DNA from: Nannocystis bainbridge
GTDB taxonomy: Bacteria; Myxococcota_A; Polyangia; Nannocystales; Nannocystaceae
Assembly: GCF_028368995.1 (NCBI RefSeq)
Contig: NZ_JAQNDL010000003.1
Coordinates: forward strand, 1,824,001 to 1,888,000
Direction of reading: 5' to 3'
Length of the DNA: 64,000 nt
Below are positions 57,002 through 64,000 of this stretch, piece after piece. The number at the start of each line of letters is the position of its first letter. The stretch's first letter is position 1. The translations under genes and the position numbers were made by a program. The notes below the pieces were generated by a model, which had not been told where the DNA came from, did not search any database, and worked only from the letters and a program-made list of their open reading frames with translations.

Positions 57002-60000
57002 TCAGATCGTCACCTCCGTCATTGGCTGCCGGGCGTCGAGGTCGAGCTTGTGGCTCCCGAGCACGAGCTTGTACTCGCCGCGGTCGATCCGGAAGGCCGT
57101 CTTCCCGGAGACATCGGTGGTGAATGTATGCTGGAGCTTGCCCTTCTTGTTGAACACGGCGCCAGCGGTGCGCACGCCCCCGTCGTCGTAATAGACGACG
57201 ACGTCGCTCCACGGGCGCGGGACCGTGACCCTCGCCTTCGCTTGCTTCTTGCCGTCGTACTTGATGAACTCGTTGATCTCGACGCGATCCTCCGCGTCGG
57301 CCGGCTCCTTCGGGTAGACGATGTGCAGGTGATATTCGCCGGCCTGCAGATCGTCGAACACCGCCGTCGACTTCTTGCCGACCCGGAGCTCCCCGAATTC
57401 GCGGTCCAGGTTCGGCCCCTGGATCGTGACTGCGGCGCCCACGGCCGCGCCGCCGATCGCCTTGCGCACCCACACGGTGAGCTGGCCGCGCGTCTCTGGT
57501 TGGCCCTCGAGCTGGGTCTCGAGCAAAACCTCTCGGTCCCAGTAGCCCCCGACGTGGGTCGGTTGTCCGACTCCCTCGACCTCCTGCAGGTAGACCTCAT
57601 AATCGCCGACCGGGAGCTTGTCGAAGCGGGCCACGCCGCCCTTGTCGGTCTCCTGCCAGTCGCCGACGCCCTCCTCGTTCGACACGACGACGGTCACGGT
57701 CTGCTTCGGTGGCATCCCGTTGGCGCCGACGACGTGGACGATGAGCTTGCCGTACGTCGCCGGGTCCAGCGGTTTGGCCGGCGGTTCGGATCCCGGCTCC
57801 GGCGCCGGCGGCGGCTTCATGCTGTCGAGGATCTCCTGATAGACGCGGAAGAACTCGATCGGGTTGTAGTGCCAGACGTGGTTTACGTCGGGCAGCACGT
57901 CGCGGGCCCGGTCCCACCATTGATAGGGCTCGAGCGCCTCTGTCAGGCCCATGGTGTTGAATTGTAGCTCGTCGAGCCGGGCGAGCGTCTGGTCGAGGTC
58001 GAGGTTCCACTCGCTGCGGAATCGGCACGCGGTGCGCCGGAGCGGGCGGCAGTCCTCGCTCTGATAGAACATGAAGATCTCGGGCGCGGTCACGATCTTG
58101 TCGGGCACGAGGTCGACTCGCTCCATCAGCGTCGCCGGGAGGTCGGCGTGGAGGTCGTCGTCCTCATCGTCGATTACGTCCCAGCCAGAGAGCAGGAGCT
58201 CCTCGGAGAAGACCTCCCAGTGGATCTCTTGGCGGAATCCGTCCTCGCCGGCCTCGTTGAAGCTGGCGGCGCGGCCGGACTTCCACAGCGGCTCGCCTCC
58301 CGTGACCCGGATGTCGAGGCCCGACACGACCTCCGCGAGCCCGAACCGGTCGAGTTTCGCCACCGCGGCCGCGAACGCCGGGTCGATCGCGTCGGCCTTC
58401 TTGGCGCTTGCCGGCGCGGCCTGATCCTGGGCGGCGAGCTCGAACGCGGTCTTGCGCAGGAACTCGTCGGTCTTCCCGCCCCTCGACACGATCCCGTCGC
58501 AGTTCGCGGGCTTGGTCGGCCACGGGTGCTCGGCCTGAAACGCCTTGATCGCCGCGTCGAGGTCGAGATCCGCGACGCCCGTCGGCTCGCTGCGCGTCTT
58601 CAGGAAGCCGAGGGTGATCAGGCGCCGCTCGACCCATTCGATGTCGGCCGTATTGGTCGACCCGAGCGCCACGTCGTGCTTGATCCGGTGCGATTCGGCC
58701 TCCTCGCGGTCGCGCAGGTCCTCCTTCGGCGCCTCCTCCTCGACTGGAGCCTCCGTGGGCGCGTCGGTCGCCAGCTTGACCTTCTCGATCCACTTGATGT
58801 CGGCCGCGAGCGCCTCCTTGAGCGTGAGCGGCTGGAGGTGCATGAGGAGGACATAAATCGTGCGGTTGGGATCGGTGGCGGGCTTCTGCGGCTCCGCCGG
58901 CGCGTCGCTCGCCCCCTCGGGAGGGAAGAGGTGGCTCCACGTGTGGCCCGGGATGTCGATGACACCGTCCGGCCACTTCTCCGGGTATTTCTTGTAGGGG
59001 TTGGGGATCGTCCGCTGAAACGCCTTGATCGCGTCGCCGAGCGCGGGCTCGACCTCGCCGTCGCTCAGCCGGGCGGGATCCTCAGGGGTGTAGTGTCCGA
59101 GCTCGTGCAGCCGCGCCTTGGCCCTGTTGACCGCCGCGGGATCGGTGACCTTGCACCCGACCGCGATCTTGCCGCTATAGGTCTTCGCCGGCTGCGGGCC
59201 CGGCTTCGGCGCGTCGGGGCCCTGCTGCATGCGCTCGTAGACCGACTGCGGGACCTCGTGGCGGATCAGGATGAAGCTCGTGTGCCCGAAGGTCCAGGTG
59301 CCGGACGTCTCGGTCGGCGCGAGCCGGACGGCGACGATCGTGCCGTCGCAGGGGGCGTGGATCAGGCTGCCCTCGGCAGCCGGCAGATGCACGCCGCCGT
59401 GCCAGAAGTTGTTCGCCCCCAACGGGTAGTAGCCGCCGTAGGACTCGACCTCGACCTGGTAGTGACGACGCTCGGTGACCTCTGCGTCGAGCTTCTCGCC
59501 CAGGGGCTCGAAGACTTGCCGGGGCCCCCAGGGGCCGAGTTGCTCGAGAACTTCGAGGGGATCGCGCCGCGGGCTCTCCTTCGTGTTCCCGAGCTCGCGC
59601 TCCCAGGACTCCCCGCCGACGACTCGGTGGTGCTTCGGGCTCCCCGTCTTGGGGTCTCTCGGTGAATCAATGACCTCGAAGTGAAGGTGGGGCGCGCCTG
59701 CCTTTCCGGTGTTGCCGACCCTGGCGATGATTTGCCCCTCTACGACCTCGTCGCCCAGCTTGACCGTGATGGACCCTTTCTCGCAATGCGCGTACCAGAA
59801 CAGGCGCTCGCCATCTCGGTCGTAGATCGCCACGGAGGTCCCGTAGCCGCTGGACTTGTCGTTCCACTCCTGGGTATGCACGACTTTCCCGTTCGTGACG
59901 GACACGATCGGCATGCCCGCCGCGCCTTCCTTCCCCGGGAAGCTCTTGACCCCCGGCGCGAGCCACCCGAGGTCGATGCCCTGGTGGAAATGAAAGTACT

Positions 60001-60253
60001 TGTCGCTGAGCTTGCGCGGATAGAGGAACGCTCCCCCCTCGCACCCGTTGCCCCCCTTGTTGGGGCACGTGAACTTGACCCCCTTCGTCTGGATCGCGCG
60101 GTACTTGTTGCGGCAGGTGCTGCCGACGAGCTTGTTCGGGTCGAGCGTCGCCGGGTCGAGGTCGATGCACGGCAAGGGCCGCTTCATCACGGTCCCCGGC
60201 ACCGGGTTGCGATAGATGACCCTTTTCGGCGGCATAGTGGTCTCCCCCGTCAC
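57002..60253 (-). CDS. M23 peptidase / peptidoglycan-binding multidomain protein, probable T6SS effector
   Basis: HQGID, YAH and PHLHFE M23 motifs; second M23-like WHGGVH; two PG-binding repeats (AIKAFQ...DG); VWHYNP; downstream of vgrG. Confidence 0.8.
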   Translation of the reverse strand: MTGETTMPPKRVIYRNPVPGTVMKRPLPCIDLDPATLDPNKLVGSTCRNKYRAIQTKGVKFTCPNKGGNGCEGGAFLYPRKLSDKYFHFHQGIDLGWLAPGVKSFPGKEGAAGMPIVSVTNGKVVHTQEWNDKSSGYGTSVAIYDRDGERLFWYAHCEKGSITVKLGDEVVEGQIIARVGNTGKAGAPHLHFEVIDSPRDPKTGSPKHHRVVGGESWERELGNTKESPRRDPLEVLEQLGPWGPRQVFEPLGEKLDAEVTERRHYQVEVESYGGYYPLGANNFWHGGVHLPAAEGSLIHAPCDGTIVAVRLAPTETSGTWTFGHTSFILIRHEVPQSVYERMQQGPDAPKPGPQPAKTYSGKIAVGCKVTDPAAVNRAKARLHELGHYTPEDPARLSDGEVEPALGDAIKAFQRTIPNPYKKYPEKWPDGVIDIPGHTWSHLFPPEGASDAPAEPQKPATDPNRTIYVLLMHLQPLTLKEALAADIKWIEKVKLATDAPTEAPVEEEAPKEDLRDREEAESHRIKHDVALGSTNTADIEWVERRLITLGFLKTRSEPTGVADLDLDAAIKAFQAEHPWPTKPANCDGIVSRGGKTDEFLRKTAFELAAQDQAAPASAKKADAIDPAFAAAVAKLDRFGLAEVVSGLDIRVTGGEPLWKSGRAASFNEAGEDGFRQEIHWEVFSEELLLSGWDVIDDEDDDLHADLPATLMERVDLVPDKIVTAPEIFMFYQSEDCRPLRRTACRFRSEWNLDLDQTLARLDELQFNTMGLTEALEPYQWWDRARDVLPDVNHVWHYNPIEFFRVYQEILDSMKPPPAPEPGSEPPAKPLDPATYGKLIVHVVGANGMPPKQTVTVVVSNEEGVGDWQETDKGGVARFDKLPVGDYEVYLQEVEGVGQPTHVGGYWDREVLLETQLEGQPETRGQLTVWVRKAIGGAAVGAAVTIQGPNLDREFGELRVGKKSTAVFDDLQAGEYHLHIVYPKEPADAEDRVEINEFIKYDGKKQAKARVTVPRPWSDVVVYYDDGGVRTAGAVFNKKGKLQHTFTTDVSGKTAFRIDRGEYKLVLGSHKLDLDARQPMTEVTI

Positions 60254-60254
60254 C

Positions 60255-61610
60255 TCAGCCCCGCGCCGGGGCGGCGCTCACTTCGCGCGCGCAGCGGAAC
60301 CCGCGCCCCTCGCGCTGCCTTCTCTTCTCGCAGCCCCGAGGCAAAAACGGCGGAAACCAGGCGTCGTCCCACCCCGACCCGCGAATCACTACGTTGTCTG
60401 GGCAATCGCTCTCGTCGGACCGTCCGGGCACGTCCGCGTGAATTGCGAGCTCGCCGACGTTGGTCATCATGTCGCATAGCCCCTGCTCTGTATTGTCATC
60501 CGGGAAGCTACAGACGCTCTTCGTGTCCTTCCCCGAGAAGGATTTGGAGCGATCACAAACCAGCTCTCGATCGAGCCCGCCGCCCCAGGAGCAGGCGAAC
60601 TCGGGTTTTCGGCTCCTGGCTGCAAACTCCCACTCGACGTCAGTCGGGAGACGCTTCCCCACCCATTCGCAGTATTTCTTCGCCTCCCAGCCCGCGACGC
60701 AATTCGCCGGGTAATTCTCACGACCCGGCTTCGGCGTGTGCAGGCCTTGAGAGAACTCGACGTTGCACAAATGGCGATTCGCGCTGCTCGGCAACCGAGT
60801 GCCCCCTGAGAGCACGGGTTCGTTACCGCAGAACCCGGCCTTGTAGCACGCGTGGTACTGCTCCGCCGTGACCTCGGTGCGGTCGATGTCAAAGGTCTCG
60901 ACGTCCACCTCGTAGGTCTTGATCTCCGGCCACCCCTCGATGTGCTCGAGGTTTCCGACCTCTGTTTGAAAGTTCGGGTTGTAGTGATCGGGCCCCGGCG
61001 GCCCGATGCGGAAGTGGCCGCCGGCGATCCGCACCATGTCGGGCCCGGGCGCCAGGCTCAGCTCGCGGACGAACGACTTGCCGGCCTCGAACTCGATGTC
61101 CTCCACGAAGCCCCCAAGGCCCTCGGGAGCGACGACCCGCAGGCGCAGCTTGCACGCCGGGATCGCGGTCGGCTGGGCGGCCGCGCCCGGCACCTCCCAG
61201 TCCCCGAGGAATACGGCCGGGTTCGCGGGCTTCCGCTCGGGCGTCCTGGCGATTACGGTCAGCTGCGCGACCTTCAGTCCCGCGAACTGCGGCGCGCTCA
61301 CGGTGGTGAGCGCGCCGGCCGCGGCCTCCACCGTGGCGCTCGCCTTCCCGCACGGGCCGTCGATCTCGAGCGTGTGCTTGCCCGGCGCGACGACGAGCGG
61401 CTCCTGCGACGTCTTCCCCCGCGGCTTGCCGTCGACGCTGACGGCGAGCCCGGGCGGAACGTCGAGCGCCAGGCGGGTCTCGGCGGAGCCCGTCGGCCCG
61501 GCGGTGCCGGACTTCGCCTCACCGGTCGACCCCGCGTCCGAGCGTTGCACGCAACCTCCCAGGGTCAGGAGGGCGAGGAGAATGGGCGTTCGAGCGTTGA
61601 AATCATGCAT
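60255..61610 (-). CDS. Lipoprotein with PEGA-like and formylglycine-generating-enzyme (FGE/SUMF1) domains
   Basis: LLALLTLGGC lipobox; FDIDRTEVT, KRLPTDVEWEFAAR, GLCDMMTNVGE, RGFRCA. Confidence 0.85.
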   Translation of the reverse strand: MHDFNARTPILLALLTLGGCVQRSDAGSTGEAKSGTAGPTGSAETRLALDVPPGLAVSVDGKPRGKTSQEPLVVAPGKHTLEIDGPCGKASATVEAAAGALTTVSAPQFAGLKVAQLTVIARTPERKPANPAVFLGDWEVPGAAAQPTAIPACKLRLRVVAPEGLGGFVEDIEFEAGKSFVRELSLAPGPDMVRIAGGHFRIGPPGPDHYNPNFQTEVGNLEHIEGWPEIKTYEVDVETFDIDRTEVTAEQYHACYKAGFCGNEPVLSGGTRLPSSANRHLCNVEFSQGLHTPKPGRENYPANCVAGWEAKKYCEWVGKRLPTDVEWEFAARSRKPEFACSWGGGLDRELVCDRSKSFSGKDTKSVCSFPDDNTEQGLCDMMTNVGELAIHADVPGRSDESDCPDNVVIRGSGWDDAWFPPFLPRGCEKRRQREGRGFRCAREVSAAPARG

Positions 61611-61850
61611 GCCTGACCTCCTGGTGCGTCGTGCGCGGGATGGATCGCTTGTGTCGATCGCCAGAACCGGAAATAGTGGCCGCGATGCCGGAGCCGCAAG
61701 ACGCAGAGCCCAGCGAAGATTCGCACGAGCCCGAGCCCACGGAACCCCGGCTCATCGGGACCTTCGCGGCAGCCCGCTCGGACCGCGAGCGGGAAACGTT
61801 CAACACGCTCGAGGTCGGGCCGCGCTGGACGTTCTCTTCCTGACCTCGCT

Positions 61851-62474
61851 TCAGCACCCGTGGGCCTCCTGCAGGGCGGCGATCGTCGGCCCGTCCAGCG
61901 CCCCCGTCACCTCGAGGCCGCGCAACGCCTGAAACCGGCGCAGGGCCCGCTGGAAGCCATCGTCCGGCGTCGAGGGCTCAGCGCCGTACAGGCCGAGGCT
62001 TCGCAGGCGCTGGGCGGCGCCTCGCCAGTGGTCCGCGGGTTCGAGGTGCCCCACCTTGAACTCGTACTTCTCGCCACGCTCCGGGAGCACCAGCGTCGCC
62101 CACGTCACGTCAGCCGGGAGCGCGACCTCGAGGCGTCCCTCGTCGTCCGCCGTGCCCTCGAGCGTCAGGCCGCCCATCGTAAGCGCATAGGGCTCGCTCG
62201 CCAGGGGGTTGCCGTTGCGCTGGAGTCGCAGGCGAAACATCGCCCTGGGACGCTTCACGCGGAAGCAGTGCGCGCCGTCGACTCCGACCTCGAAGGTGCG
62301 CGGACCTGGCTCGGGCAGCGAGACCTCGTCGCCGGGCGCGAGGACGTTGGGATCGCGCCTGGCCTCTCGCAGGGGGTCGTTGCCCGGGTCGTTCCAGATC
62401 CTGTCGAGAGGAAGCCAGGTGCGCTCGGCGAGGGAGCTGATGCACTCGCCTGGCTTGATCTTGTGGGTCGGCAT
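61851..62474 (-). CDS. LysM-like / peptidoglycan-binding domain protein, vgrG-associated
   Basis: HKIKPGECISSLA...DPNVLAPGD; ALRRFQ...GLEVTGALD. Confidence 0.85.
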   Translation of the reverse strand: MPTHKIKPGECISSLAERTWLPLDRIWNDPGNDPLREARRDPNVLAPGDEVSLPEPGPRTFEVGVDGAHCFRVKRPRAMFRLRLQRNGNPLASEPYALTMGGLTLEGTADDEGRLEVALPADVTWATLVLPERGEKYEFKVGHLEPADHWRGAAQRLRSLGLYGAEPSTPDDGFQRALRRFQALRGLEVTGALDGPTIAALQEAHGC

Positions 62475-62492
62475 GAGTGAATGCTCGGGTGG

Positions 62493-63095
62493 TCATCCAG
62501 CGACAGCGGCGTCACGCGGGCCCGGCCTCGCCACCAGCTCGCAGACGCTGCCGTCGAGGTCCGGAAAGGACACACGGCAGATACCGGCCGGAAGACGAGT
62601 GATTCGCGCCGATCCGAGCGAATCGGTGTAGCCGCGATGCTGTTGCCCGCCGGGGTCGATGATGAGATAGCGCTGACCGGGGATCACCGCATCGTCGTCA
62701 TCGACGAGGCGGATCTCGATCCAGTGGGTCGCGTCGACGGACGGCTCCAGCAAGCGATCGTCGTCATCGTTTTCCGGTCGCTCTGCGCGCCGCACCGACG
62801 AACAACCCCACTGCCGCGGCGGGTCGACACGGACCAGGACGAGCCGACCGGAGTCGATGGCCGCGACGAGCCGCGCGACCACCTCGCGGTCTCCTCGCGG
62901 CGACGCCACGGACGCGAACTCAGCGGCGAGGAGGCGCAGCGTCCTCGCGTCGAGCGCGTCAGCGAAAAGCGGCGCGAGCAGAGCCGACGCTCGCGGACCA
63001 CGGGCCGTAAGGCGCGGCGCGTCCGCAGGGACCGCACTCGCAGCCACGAGCATGAAGCTCTCGCCTTGGCTGCGGAACGGTCGGTGAAGCGGCAT
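62493..63095 (-). CDS. Hypothetical vgrG-associated protein
   Basis: HWIEIRLVDDDD..IPGQRY...GYTDSLGSARI...CRVSFPDLD transthyretin-like C-terminus; start uncertain. Confidence 0.75.
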   Translation of the reverse strand: MPLHRPFRSQGESFMLVAASAVPADAPRLTARGPRASALLAPLFADALDARTLRLLAAEFASVASPRGDREVVARLVAAIDSGRLVLVRVDPPRQWGCSSVRRAERPENDDDDRLLEPSVDATHWIEIRLVDDDDAVIPGQRYLIIDPGGQQHRGYTDSLGSARITRLPAGICRVSFPDLDGSVCELVARPGPRDAAVAG

Positions 63096-63224
63096 ATCGT
63101 GAAGCTAGCGGGTTCTGACGGGTGTGCCAAGCGGCGGAGCGCGCCGCCGCACGCGAGCTCGGGACGAGCATCGGGGCGGAAGAAAACGCGGCTTGTCTGG
63201 GTTCGCGCTCACCGCCCCGGCCTC

Positions 63225-64000
63225 TCAGTTGAGCTTGATCTTCGACCCCTTGATCGCGACCTCGCCGCTCGCCTTGACGCTCAGCTTCTTGGCCTGGATC
63301 GTGACCTCGCCGTTCTTCTTCATCGTGATCGTCGCGTCGCCGCACTGCAGTACGAGCTTGTCGGCGGCGACGACCGCCGCGTTCTTGCCCGAGGCGAGGT
63401 TGATGTTCTGGCCCGCGGTGACGTTGACGTGCTTGCCGGCGCTGAGCGCGATGTTCTCGCCCGCGCTCTCGGTGATGTTCTCGACCGCGCTGACGCTCTT
63501 GCCGCCGCCGACCTGCTCGGAGCTGTCCTTTCCGACAGCCACGAACTTGATGAGGCCGACTTCCTCCAGCTTGGCCAGGCCGACCGACTCGTTCATCGCG
63601 CCGATGACCGAGATCTGGTACGCCCCTCCGACCTCGAGCACGCTGGCGAGCGCGACCGACTCGTGCTTGGTCGCGCCGATCGTCTCGGTCGAGCTGCCCG
63701 CGACGGCATGAGACGCGTCGCCGCCGACGCTCTCGATCAGGTTGGCGCCGACCGACAGGTTCATGGTCCGGCCAATCGCCTCCGTGTGATCGTTGCCGAC
63801 GCGGACCCGCTTGTCCTTGGCGATCGACTCCTCGTGATCGCCGCCGATCACCTCGCTGCGGTCGTGGCCGACCTGGAGCGCGACGTCGTGGCCGATCTGC
63901 TGCGACTTGTCGTGCTCGACGACGATGTTCCAGTCCTTCTGGCCGTGGAGGTAGATTTCCTCTCTCCCCTTGGCGTCCTCGAAGCGGAGCTCGTTCGACC
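63225..64000 (-). CDS. vgrG: Type VI secretion spike protein VgrG, 3' part (runs off window end)
   Basis: Manual translation SNELRFEDAKGREEIYLHGQKDW, then gp5-like repeats ending CGDATITMKKNGEV...KGSKIKLN. Confidence 0.92.
   Translation of the reverse strand, partial: SNELRFEDAKGREEIYLHGQKDWNIVVEHDKSQQIGHDVALQVGHDRSEVIGGDHEESIAKDKRVRVGNDHTEAIGRTMNLSVGANLIESVGGDASHAVAGSSTETIGATKHESVALASVLEVGGAYQISVIGAMNESVGLAKLEEVGLIKFVAVGKDSSEQVGGGKSVSAVENITESAGENIALSAGKHVNVTAGQNINLASGKNAAVVAADKLVLQCGDATITMKKNGEVTIQAKKLSVKASGEVAIKGSKIKLN

Noticed and set aside
61603-61857. 84-aa ORF between the PG-binding and FGE genes
   Set aside because: Atypical codon usage and Ser/Gly/Arg-rich composition; treated as intergenic
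1-64000. CRISPR array, rRNA or tRNA genes
   Set aside because: No regularly spaced repeat-spacer pattern, cas gene or cloverleaf seen by eye; the att-like cores are not in a recognisable tRNA

Overview
Very GC-rich DNA whose gene content (S/T-rich lipoproteins, TPR Ser/Thr kinases, PAS-STAS proteins, VgrG cluster) suggests a myxobacterium, possibly Nannocystis-like; this is an inference. Most of the window is an accessory/defence island. From left to right: accessory genes (1-10.3 kb); an IS5 remnant, a Ser/Thr kinase and an ECF sigma factor; a translationally coupled viperin / nucleotide kinase / RelE-ParE-like operon (13.2-14.9 kb); a 6.4-kb segment of gene fragments bounded by 17-bp direct repeats with arm-like sites and a truncated tyrosine integrase (16.9-23.5 kb); McrBC (23.5-26.8 kb); an unrecognised two-gene module made of a ~1870-aa STAND-like ATPase and a degenerate-ATPase protein with an RNxxxH HEPN-like motif (27.1-34.6 kb); a complete type 2 BREX/Pgl operon with an extra leading gene, an inserted NACHT-pentapeptide gene and a BrxHI fused to a 3'-5' exonuclease (35-57 kb); and the 3' part of a T6SS VgrG/effector cluster (57-64 kb). 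The best candidate for an undescribed system is the paired STAND + pseudo-STAND-HEPN module. All family calls come from motif recognition by eye; no searches were run.
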